Origin: an uncultured Holophagales bacterium
GTDB lineage: Bacteria; Acidobacteriota; Thermoanaerobaculia; Multivoradales; UBA5704
Assembly: GCA_963842525.1 (NCBI GenBank)
Contig: CAWJGT010000003.1
Coordinates: forward strand, 288,001 to 352,000
Reading direction: 5' to 3'
Length of the DNA stretch: 64,000 bases
This document shows positions 34,547 to 43,744 of this stretch, in pieces. Each line of letters starts with the position of its first letter. The first letter of the stretch is position 1. The position numbers were made by a program, and so were the translations under genes. The notes below the pieces were generated by a model. The model ran no database searches. It saw nothing but the letters and a program-made list of their open reading frames with translations, and was not told the DNA's origin.

Positions 34547-35055
34547 CGAAGCGCTCCATGAGATCGTGGCGTTCGAAAAAAGTGCGGATCGTCCTTCGGT
34601 CTACACCGGGCAGTGTGATCAAGAAGCGGAGGTCGGCCATTTCCTGGAATGTTCGGGCGGGATCATTTTTCATGGCAAGCACTTTCAATGCTGCAAGGTG
34701 CTCGGGACTGGGAATGGATACCACCCGATTTCCAGGCCCCCTGAGCTGCCGGCAACTGGAGAAGAGCTTATCGCCAGTTTCTCCCTGTACGTAGACGAAA
34801 TCGAGCTTCTCCCCGGTTGGGATCAGGATGAGAGTGGTTCGAGTAGCCACTTGAGCAGTGCAAAGTTTGATAGCCGAGAGACTCCAGGTACCGGATGAGG
34901 TCCTCCTGGGAAGCGAAGTCGACCACCAGGTCCAGATCCAGTGTGGTGCGAGGAAGCCCATACATCACCAGGGCGACCCCGCCGATCACGGCATAGCGGT
35001 AGCCCTTCTGGTCTAGGAATGCTGTAACGACCTCAAGGACCTTGCCGATGTCCAT
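34524..35055 (-). CDS. nucleotidyltransferase-fold (AbiEii/DUF6036-like) protein; frameshift near 34810
   Basis: YAVIGGVALVMYGLPRTTLDLDLVV (GG...DxD), then LDFVYV...SPEHLAALK in the other frame. Confidence 0.7.
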
Positions 35056-35066
35056 GGAGCTCTGGC

Positions 35067-36088
35067 TTAGAGGAGATGCTTCGGTCCCAGCCGCTCGATC
35101 GGCAAGCCTGCTGCCTCGCGCAGCGCCGCCTCGGTGTATTTGACGACCATGGTGCCGCGCCATTGTGCCTGGAAATCGGTGTTGTCCATCGGATAGGCCG
35201 GCTTGCGGGCGAGACGGGCGGCCTCGGCGATGACCTCTCCGGTGAGCGGCTTGCCGATCAGGAAGGCGGCGGCCTCGGTGGCCGGGACGGGGTAGGAGCC
35301 CACGGCGCCCAGGTAGATGCGGGCCTCCGTGACGATCCCCTGCGGGTCGGTCCAGAGGGCGACGGCGGAAGAGAGCACGGCGAAGTCGATCGAGCCGCGG
35401 CGGCGGAGCTTCCAGAAGGCGGAGCGGCAGTGCGCTGCTGTCGGCCCCGGCCGGCAGCAGGAGCCCGGTCACGATTTCGTCCGGACGCTTGGCGAGGTAA
35501 TGGATGCCGTCATCCTGGTAAAGGCCCTCGATCGGGATCGTCTCGCTCGCCCTCCTTCGAGACCAACTGCACCCGGGCACCGAGGGCGCAGAGGACGGGC
35601 GCGGAGTCGGAGGCGGAATGGGCGAGACAGTTGGGCGAGCTCGTCGCGACCCAGCAGATCTCCCCTGCCTCTTTCATGCAGTAGGCGATGGACCGGCGCC
35701 AGTCCTCGGTCTGGTTATAGTAGGTGCAGCGCGTGTCCACACAGACGTTGCCGCCGATCGTTCCCATGTGGCGCAGCGGTGGCGAGGAGATCGAGGCCAC
35801 GGCCCGGGCCAGGGCGGGAAAGCGGCTGCGAATCGTTTCGCTGCGGACGATGTCGTCGAGAATCGTCGTCGCGCCGAGCTGGATTCCACCATTCACGTCG
35901 ATGCCGGCCAGGCCGGGAATCCGCATCAAGCTGACCACGGTCTGCGCCTTCTGGTGCCGGCGCTTCATGTTCGGCCAGAGATCGGTCCCGCCGGCGACGA
36001 GGCGGACCTGTTCTTCTCCAGCGAGGACATCCGCCGCTTCAGATAACGTTTTCGCGATCCGGAAACGAAAGGGGGGTAATCGAAGCAT
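35067..36088 (-). CDS. hcrB: 4-hydroxybenzoyl-CoA reductase beta-like FAD/[4Fe-4S] subunit; frameshifts near 35545 and 35435
   Basis: AGGTDL, TIGGN, insert C-x15-C-x7-C-x8-C (RCTYYNQ...), KLRRRGSIDF. Confidence 0.75.
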
Positions 36089-36137
36089 GCGTTACCTGCC
36101 GAATGTGTTAACTGTCGAGGAAGTCCTTCGCGCCCGC

Positions 36138-36247
36138 GCCCAGGGTTCACACCCTGGGCTACCGAATGACGCCCTCCGGGCTCGCGGGAACCAAGGATTC
36201 CAGAGCCCGGAGGGCGGAACTGGGTAGCCCCGGGTGTCAACCCGGGG
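36138..36247. repeat. REP-like inverted repeat pair, family B (GTAG/CTAC-flanked hairpins)
   Basis: CCCAGGG-TTCACA-CCCTGGG-CTAC ... GCCCTCCGGGCTC/GAGCCCGGAGGGC ... GTAG-CCCCGGG-TGTCAA-CCCGGGG. Confidence 0.75.
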
Positions 36248-36261
36248 CGAGGGGCGGAGCA

Positions 36262-38845
36262 TCAGCGAGCCCCCTTGAGATCGGTCGTCAGCGCCGCGAG
36301 CTTCTTCTTCTTGAGCGCTTCCTCGCGGCTCATCATGGTCCCCGAGGCCGAACGCATGCCGGAGCGGAGCTTCTCGCGATAGTCGTTGATCGCGGTGCCG
36401 TCGCCACCCTGCTCGGGCGTGGGGACGATCAGCGTCTCGCCGAAGTCGACCTCGGGGAACGCCTTGGGGCCGTAGCGCGGCTCCCCTTTAGCTCCGGCTT
36501 GCAGGGCCTTGAGGATCATGTGCGGATGGATCGGCGTCTCGTCGATCCGCACCCCCACCGCATCCCAGATGGCGTTCGCCACCGCGGGCATGACCGGCAG
36601 CAGCGGCCCCTGGCCCACTTCCTTGGCGCCGAACGGGCCTCGCGGATCCGGATCTTCGATCAGATAAGTGGTGACCGGCGGCATGTCCGCGAAGGTCGGG
36701 CTCTTGTACTCCAGCATCGACGGGAGCTTGTGGACCAGAGCGTTCGAAAGGTGGCGGGGGAGGCGGCGGAACGCCTGCTCTTCCATCATCACTTCGCCGA
36801 GGCCCATGTAGACGCTTCCCTCCACCTGCCCGAGCACCAGCACCGGATTGATCGATTTTCCGACGTCGTGCGCGATCCAGACGTGGACCGGGTTCCAGAG
36901 GCCGGTCTCGGGATCGACCTCCACCTCCACGACGGACGCCGTGTAGGAGTAGGCCGGGGAGGGGCCGACGCCCGCGCCCCGGTACTTGCCGGGCGAGCGC
37001 GGCGGGATATAGCTGCCGGTCGTGCCCAGGGTGCCGAAACGGGCCTCGGCCGCGATCACCGCCTCCTGGAAGGTGACGCCGTTGTCCGGGTCCGCGGCGT
37101 CGAAGACCCGCCGGTCCGCGAACACCAGGCGCGGGACCGGAATTTCGAGCTGCTCGGAGACCGCCTTGGCCAGCATCTCGCGCGCCCGCTCGGCCGCCTG
37201 GAGCGCCGCGTTGCCCATCATCAGCGTCACGCGCGAGGAGTAGCTCCCGAGGTCCACTGGAGTCAGGTCGGTGTCGGCCACGCAGAGGCGGATGTCCGAA
37301 AGCGAAATTCCCAGCACCTCGGCCACCACGGCGGCGAGCACCGAGTCCGAGCCCTGGCCGATCTCCGCTTCGCCGCAGAAGACGGCGACGCCGCCCGAGC
37401 GGTCGAGCTTGAGCTGCACGCCCGACTGCGGCATGTGGTTCCAGTAGATCGGCAGGCCCGCGCCGCAGAGGTACGAGCCGCAGGCCAGGCCCAGGCCGCG
37501 CCCCTCGGGCAGCTTTCCCCAGCGCTCGCGGAAGCGGCTCCCCGCGACCACGGCTTCAATGCACTGCCGCAGGCCCATCGAGCCGATGCGCAGCCAGTTG
37601 GCCGTGATCGTGTCCGGCTCGGCGAGCATGCCGAGGCGCAGGTCGGCCGGATTGATCCCCAGCTTGGCGGCGATCTTGTCCAGATGGACCTCGAAGGCGA
37701 AGCGGGGCTGCGGCGTGCCGTGGCCGCGCTTGGGGCCGCACGGGGGCTTGTTGGTGAAGCAGCGGACCCCCTGGAACTCGTACGCCGGCATCTTGTAGGT
37801 CACGGTCTGGAGCGCGCCGGTGTAATAGGTCGAGGCCACGCCGTAGCTGCCGTAGGCGCCGCCGTCGAGCGCCGTGCGCAGGCGCTGGGCGGTGATGCGC
37901 ACCCGGTCGCCGTCCTTCTTGATCCCGGTCCGCACGTGCATCAGGACGGGATGGCGCCCGCGATGGCAATAGAAGACCTCCTCGCGGGTGAGGCTCACCT
38001 TGACCGGCCGGCCGAGCTTCAGAGCCATTTTCGCCGCGGCGATCTCATGGTTGAACGGATCGCTCTTGCCGCCGAAGCCGCCGCCGTTCGAGCAGGCGAC
38101 CACGCGGATGCGCGAAGCGGGCAGGCCGAGCACCTTGGTCAGGGCGCGGTGGACGTAGTGCGGCGTCTGGGTCGAGGAGTAGAGGGTCACCCGGTCGTCG
38201 TCCTCGGGGACCGCCACCGCGGCATGCTGCTCCAGGGGCAGATGGGTGTTCCCCTCGTAGAAGACGGTGTCCTCGAAGATCTCGTCGGCCTCGGCGAATC
38301 CGCCTTCGACGTCGCCGAAGGTCATGGAAACCTTTTTGTGGACGTTGCCGTCGTCGCCGTAGTCGTGGATGCGGGGCTCAGGGGTGGCGAGCGCCTCGTC
38401 GATGCTCCCGATCGTCGGCAGCGGCTCGTAGTCGATCCGCACCTTCCAGCCCGCCTCGTAGGCAGCGTCCTCGGTCGTCGCAGCCACGGCCACCACCGGA
38501 TCGCCCACGAAGCGGACCCGGTCGAGGCAGAGGGCGTGCTCGTCCTGCGACACCGGCAGGATGCCGAAGGGGGCCGGCATCTCCTCGCCGGTCAGGAATC
38601 CCAGGACGCCCGGCACCTTCTCCGCCTCGGAGAGATCGATCTTCCTGATCAGCGCGTGCGGCACGGTCGAGCGGACGAGCCGCAGGAAGCACATCCGGGG
38701 AAACGAGAGATCGTCGGCGAACTTCGTCGCCCCGGTGACCTTGGCCCGGCCGTCCACCCGGCGGAAGGGCTTGCCGATGATGTTCGGCTCGCGCGAGGGG
38801 CCGGGTTCTTCCTCGATGCTCCGGTTTCCGAATCGGTTCAGCCAT
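36262..38845 (-). CDS. hcrA: 4-hydroxybenzoyl-CoA reductase alpha-like molybdopterin subunit (xanthine oxidase family)
   Basis: RVDGRAKVTG, GGGFGGK, KRGHG, GQGS, DLGSYSSR, GQVEG. Start is probably ATG 38845 plus an indel near 38820; the in-frame alternative is GTG 38994 inside a repeat. Confidence 0.78.
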
Positions 38846-38851
38846 GGAGCC

Positions 38852-39496
38852 TCAGACCTCCCCCTCTCCCGGAGGAAGGGGGGGCGATGGGAGAGGGGGA
38901 CCAAGGGGGTGAGGTCTCCCCCCTCTCCCGTTCGGGCGGGGGACTGGAGGCTGCACGGGAGAGGGGGCCGGGGAGAGGGCTCTCCATAGAACACCTCGAT
39001 CCGGCGGATTCCAATCCTCCCCCCGCATCTGCGCGGCGGCCCATTCCACGCCCTGGACGATCTTGTGATAGCCGGTGCAGCGGCAGAGATTGCCGGACAG
39101 CGCCTCGCGGATCTCGTCGCTGCTGGGCCGCGGGTTGTCCGCCAGCAGGGCCTTGGAGGTCATCAGGATGCCCGGCGTGCAGTAGCCGCACTGGGCCGCG
39201 CCGAGGTCGGCGAAGGCGGCCTGGAGCGGGTGCAGGTCGTTGCCGATCTGCAGGCCCTCGACCGTCTCGATCTCCCGCCCTTCCATCTCGGCCGCCAGCG
39301 CGAGGCAGGAGAGCACTGGCCGGCCGTCCACCAGCACCGCGCAGGTGCCGCACTCGCCGAGCTCGCAGCCGTGCTTGGTCCCGGTCAGGCCGCACTCCTC
39401 GCGCAGCACCTCCAGAAGGGTGTGATGGGTCGGAAAGACCACGGCCCGGGTCTCGCCGTTGATCCGCAGCCGGAGGGTGGTCAGCTCGTCGTTCAT
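38852..39496 (-). CDS. hcrC: 2x[2Fe-2S] subunit (HcrC/CoxS-like)
   Basis: [31 protein letters not shown]; the tail reads through a repeat element. Confidence 0.82.
   Translation of the reverse strand: MNDELTTLRLRINGETRAVVFPTHHTLLEVLREECGLTGTKHGCELGECGTCAVLVDGRPVLSCLALAAEMEGREIETVEGLQIGNDLHPLQAAFADLGAAQCGYCTPGILMTSKALLADNPRPSSDEIREALSGNLCRCTGYHKIVQGVEWAAAQMRGEDWNPPDRGVLWRALSPAPSPVQPPVPRPNGRGGRPHPLGPPLPSPPLPPGEGEV
38855..38982. repeat. family A REP-like composite element inside the hcrC 3' end
   Basis: Two CCCCTCTCCC..GGGAGAGGGG hairpins plus GGGGGTGAGG. Confidence 0.7.
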
Positions 39497-40167
39497 GCCG
39501 TCTCCCTGACGGCCAGCGTTTCGAGGAGGGCTGGCGGCGGGGCCTGCATCTCCTGTCCGGGAGCGAGCAAGCCGCACACCAGGATCTCGGCCTGCTCGCA
39601 GCCGATGTCGCGTGCGTTCTTGCCGCCGCCGGGCCGGAACCACTTGACCGTCCAGTTCACCGCGCCGAGCAGGGCGAGCGCCGCCACCTTGGGATCGACG
39701 CTCCGGAACAGGCCCTTCGCGGCGCCGTCCTCGATCAGCCTGCGGAAGCACCGCTCGTATTCATCGCGCCCCGCCTGGACCGGTCGCCGCAGCTTCGGCC
39801 CCAGGGCTTCGACCTCCAGGTGGGCCAGCGATCCGGGGGTGACCTCGTTGAGCAGCACCACATGGCCGACGAGCAGGAGGTAGAGCTTCTGGTCCGCCCG
39901 CAGCTCGAGCGCTTGCACGCGCCCAGCCAGCTCGAGGAGGCTGGCGAGCGTGGTCTGCTGGATGAAGGCGAGAAGCTCTTCCTTGTCCTTGAAGTAGTAG
40001 TAGAGGTTCCCGACCGCCATATCCAGCTCGGCGGCGATGTCCCGCATCCCCGTCGCATGCAGCCCCTTCCTCCGGAAGACCCGGGAGGCGGCAGCCAGGA
40101 TCTCCTGCCGCTTCTCGTGCGGCCGGCCGGAGGAGTCCTGGGTGAGGGCGGCGCGGATTTGAACCAT
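39493..40167 (-). CDS. TetR/AcrR (KstR2-like) regulator
   Basis: ILAAASRVFRRKGLHATGMRDIAAELDMAVGNLYYYFKDKEEL; LGAVNWTVKWF; ATGA overlap with hcrC. Confidence 0.92.
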   Translation of the reverse strand: MVQIRAALTQDSSGRPHEKRQEILAAASRVFRRKGLHATGMRDIAAELDMAVGNLYYYFKDKEELLAFIQQTTLASLLELAGRVQALELRADQKLYLLLVGHVVLLNEVTPGSLAHLEVEALGPKLRRPVQAGRDEYERCFRRLIEDGAAKGLFRSVDPKVAALALLGAVNWTVKWFRPGGGKNARDIGCEQAEILVCGLLAPGQEMQAPPPALLETLAVRETA

Positions 40168-40177
40168 CGTTCAAATC
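40156..40177. promoter_or_regulatory. putative TetR operator
   Basis: Perfect inverted repeat GATTTGAAC-CATC-GTTCAAATC centred on the tetR start codon. Confidence 0.7.
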
Positions 40178-40383
40178 GTGCCATGCGGGGGTGGTCCTGT
40201 CAAGGCGGCGAGCCCAAACAGGTGCCTGAGGATTCTAGGGTCGCCCTGTTCGCGGACTGCACCTGCGCCAGACGGCCATCGCTGCCGCGAGGCCGCCGAC
40301 GGTCTGCTGCCTCGGTCCCAAGTTGCGGTGAAGGGCCAGGCTTGCGGCAGAATAGCCCAAGAAGGGCCAGATCGGCCCAAGTT

Positions 40384-40665
40384 GCCGTGAATAAGATTAA
40401 GTCGCGGCAGATAAGCTTATCTTGCGGTGGATACCCTTAAGTCGCGGTGGATAAGCTTAGACGCCGCGGATAAGCTTAAGTCGCGGCGGAGATCCTTATC
40501 TTGCGGTGGATAAGGATATCTCGCGGTGGATATCCTTAGGCGCGGCGGATAAGCTTATCTTGCGGCAGATAAGCTTAAGTCGCGGCGGATAAGGATATCC
40601 ACCGCAGCTAAGCTTAAGTCGCGGTGGATACGCTTATCGGCGGCGGATACGCTTATCCGGCGGTG
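40384..40665. repeat. tandem array of about 14 degenerate 19-20 bp units, consensus GCGGYRGATAAGCTTA(AGTC/TCTT)
   Basis: Units read directly, e.g. 40404 GCGGCAGATAAGCTTATCTT, 40424 GCGGTGGATACCCTTAAGTC, 40542 GCGGCGGATAAGCTTATCTT; no spacers. Confidence 0.93.
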
Positions 40666-40998
40666 GCGATCGGGCTCCGGACCGGATACGGGGCGCCAGG
40701 GCGGATAAGCGTCGTCACGGCTGCGGCCCCTCCGGTCCGCGGGTGCAGGCCGCGACGCGGTGGAGAAGCAGCTCGCGCTCGCGCGACAGCCCTCCAAACC
40801 CTCTCCGGCTCTTTCTTCGAGATTTTCGCCCCAACGCCTCGCCGTGCAGAATCTTCTTCGTCGCTACAACTGGCTTCGACGCACGGCAAACCAGCCGTCC
40901 GGGTTCATCACGGAGCCGCTCTCGCCCGACAGGCGCTGTCCGCCGGCCGAGGATTCGCCTGGCACCCTGTTGGGGTCCAGCCGGGGATGTTGCAGCCG

Positions 40999-41160
40999 GA
41001 GTCTCTGGTGAACATGCTCCGCTCGATCTCGGGCTGGTGTGGCGCCCTGGTCCTCCGCCACCCCTCGGCCGAGGCATTCCGCGCTACTGCGGAGGTGTCC
41101 GACGTACCGGTGATCAACGGCGGGAACGGTTGCGAGCACCACCCTACCCAGGCTCTCCTG
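40999..41160 (+). pseudogene. aspartate carbamoyltransferase-like fragment
   Basis: ESLVNMLRSISGWCGALVLRHP...VPVINGGNGCEHHPTQALL; no recognisable STRT motif or C-terminal domain. Confidence 0.7.
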
Positions 41161-41383
41161 AGCCCGCAGTGGATGAGCTTCCAGCGGCCGGCTACTTCGA
41201 TCAGAGCCGAGATGCGCTCTTTGTGCGTTGTGCCGTGCTGGAGCGGATATTGTCGACAGACGTCGATAATCATCTGTTATCGCTAGTTCGCCTAGAGCAG
41301 TACGTCCTTCTCGCATCGTCGGGCTCACCTTCTTTTTCGGCGTTTCCGACGCCGGCAACTCCTACCTGCTACGAGGATAACAG

Positions 41384-42455
41384 ATGATTATGGTGCTCGG
41401 TCTACGATCCAGCAGCGTTACGAAGCGCTCAAGCCCATTCTGGATGAGCGTCTTCGCCGCCTTTGGGTGGCCGCCGAGGCTGTTGCCCTTGGGACTGGAG
41501 GTATTTCTATGTTGGCTGGGATCACTGGCCTCTCTCGAACAACGATCCGCTCAGGCATGGCGGAACTTCGAAACGCGGGCGCGGAGTTGGGTCTTCTTGC
41601 TAAGGAGGGGCGTGTACGGAGGCCCGGGGAGGACGCAAAGCCGTTGAGGATCTTCATAAGAGCCTCGATGACGATCTAGCCGAGCTTCTGGAGAGCTTCC
41701 AGGAGGGGGATCGTCGGGCCCTGGACTGGACCTGCAAGAGCGTCCGCGCTCTGGCCAAAGAGCTGTCGGTTCACGGGCGTCATGTGAGCTATCGAACCGT
41801 CAACAACCTGCTTCATCGAAAGGGCTATCACTTTTCTCCGATCGTTAACTACAAGAAGTTCTCTATTGTGAATCGGCGGAACCAGTACCACTTGGTCTCC
41901 CGCCGTTGTTCCTGGTTTCTAACGCGTGGTGAGCCGGTTCTCTCTTTGGTTCTTTTTGAGAAGGTGGCGGGAGAGGCGGAGGGAGGGGCAAAAATTGTTG
42001 CGCCGGAACCGAAATCAGCATCTCTGGCTGCCTCGGTCCTTCGCTATTGGTGGGAAAGCAGCAAGGCACAAAACCGATTTCGAGAAAATCGCTTTCTCTT
42101 GATGACTGACACCTCTGGCTTGCCGACCGGAGACAGAGACATATGGGTTCCGGCTCTACGAGAGTTGGCGAGAGACCTTGCGGTGGAAATTGTTGTAGCC
42201 CATGTCCCTCCCGGAGCGCGGCGTTGGCGGAAAACAGTGAGGGCGATTTCTTGTGTGCTCTCTCCATCGGCTCTCAGAGAGCCAGCCTCTGAACTGTCGA
42301 TTGAAGTTGATCAAGTACTTCCTCCGGACGCGCAGGGTACGGTTGAGAGAGCCAGGATGTCACGGACGCCTGCACCACAAAGAACGCTGGAGATTTTCCA
42401 GGATTGGAACTATATAGTGACATCGCGCTCCGATTCGATCTCCACCGAGTTATAG
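41384..42455 (+). mobile_element. degenerate ISAzo13-family transposase (frameshift in the G-run near 41628)
   Basis: RYEALKPILDERLRRLWVAAEA...GGIS...GLSRTTIRSG...RVRRPG/GRK...WTCKSVRALAKEL...VSYRTV...GY; later AHVPPGARRW. Confidence 0.8.
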
Positions 42456-42457
42456 GA

Positions 42458-43501
42458 CTAGAGCCCGGTCCTCAGGACCCAAGTAAGGCGCTCGAAAGCA
42501 CTTGCGAACTTCTTCTCGTTGCGCCACTCCGTGAAGTCGGCGACCAGTCGCTCTGCTCCGAGCCGCTGCGCCAGCTCCTCCTTACGGCCGGGAGTGCCGA
42601 TGAGGCAACCGTCAATGTCGAGGGGGATCAGTACTTCGGGCCAGCCGAGTTGCCGCTCTTTCTCGAGGGCCACTTTGATCTCCTGATCGACCCAGGAACT
42701 CGCCCAGGCCTTGTGGGAGCAGCAGAGGAGCATCCTATCGTGAAAGATGATCGCGCTGGCGGTCTCCTCGATCAGTACCGAGCCGCCGCCTACGCTCGCT
42801 TCATCTCGCCAGTAAGGAATCCCCCGAGATGAGAGCTCGGCGCAGAGTCGGCCTGTGAATTCTTTATCCTCGTGGCTATAGCTCACAAAGCAGGAGTACC
42901 AGTTGCTCTCTGGAGAAAGCTCCTCGATAAAACTTGTCAGCCGGGGAGGGAGGCCCGCGGATTGAAGAAACCATCGCGTGGCACGATGGCGTGGCGATTC
43001 CCTCCGGAAAGATCTCGCTGCTGACTCAAAAAGACGGGTGTCGATGATGGATGCTCCTGCGTGGAAGACAGTGCCCAGACCAAGTCCTCCCTCGATTAGC
43101 CCGTAATCGAAGGAGGTCCCCACGAACGTGGAGTACCCGACCCGGGTTCTATCGAATCTCGCTTTTAATAGGTTTGCGTGGCGTAGATTTGTCCACTCCA
43201 TATTGGCTTCGGTGAGAACTGCGCTGTAGAGATTGGCCTCCTCAAGGTTCGCTCTCTGCAGATCTGTTCGTGAAAGGATGGCGCCTCGGAGATTGACATT
43301 CCGAAGATTTGCCTGGCGGAGCAATGAGCCTGTCAGTCGTGAATCGTGCATGTTGGTATTTTCTAGGTTGATCCCATTCAAGTTGCGATCGACGGCGACT
43401 ATCCCGGTCAGATTAGGCCAGTCTGTTGGATTATCCTTTCTCCAGCTGTTCCAGGCTTCAACCCCTTTCTCGAAGATCTGGAGGTGCTCAGGATGGGCCA
43501 T
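42458..43501 (-). CDS. pentapeptide-repeat + TIR domain protein
   Basis: N-cap EHLQIFEKGVEAWNSWR, A(N/D)Lxx repeats, TIR CFVSYSHEDKEF...SSWVDQEI. Confidence 0.88.
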   Translation of the reverse strand: MAHPEHLQIFEKGVEAWNSWRKDNPTDWPNLTGIVAVDRNLNGINLENTNMHDSRLTGSLLRQANLRNVNLRGAILSRTDLQRANLEEANLYSAVLTEANMEWTNLRHANLLKARFDRTRVGYSTFVGTSFDYGLIEGGLGLGTVFHAGASIIDTRLFESAARSFRRESPRHRATRWFLQSAGLPPRLTSFIEELSPESNWYSCFVSYSHEDKEFTGRLCAELSSRGIPYWRDEASVGGGSVLIEETASAIIFHDRMLLCCSHKAWASSWVDQEIKVALEKERQLGWPEVLIPLDIDGCLIGTPGRKEELAQRLGAERLVADFTEWRNEKKFASAFERLTWVLRTGL

Positions 43502-43681
43502 AGGGGTACGCTCTCACCGGGAAATTTTAGCCTCGGTACACGCCCAGTCTATAGGTGCGCAGAAAGCCTGTCAATCACCGCATGGAGCTCACTTGCAGCT
43601 CGCAGAAAGCAAGGAAGCAGCGGACGCCGCCACACTCTTCTTTGTCGCCGTGCACAGGTTATTGATTCACGGTCTTTTCGC

Positions 43682-43711
43682 TTGCCAATCTCGAACTCTA
43701 GGTGCTACATT
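43682..43711 (+). promoter_or_regulatory. putative sigma70 promoter for the radical SAM operon
   Basis: TTGCCA-18 bp-TACATT with TGn extension; SD GAGGAG before ATG 43745. Confidence 0.4.
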
Positions 43712-43744
43712 GTAGGAAAAGAAGCGATGACCTTGAGGAGCGGC

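Noticed and set aside
40168-40184. Sigma54 promoter upstream of tetR (TGGCACGATTTGAAC on the minus strand)
   Set aside because: Spacing is wrong (3 nt, not 5); better explained by the TetR palindrome.
40384-40665. CRISPR array
   Set aside because: Units are contiguous 19-20 bp with no unique spacers, and no cas genes are present.
43100-43501. Qnr/MfpA quinolone-resistance gene
   Set aside because: The pentapeptide tract is short and fused to TIR, a different architecture.
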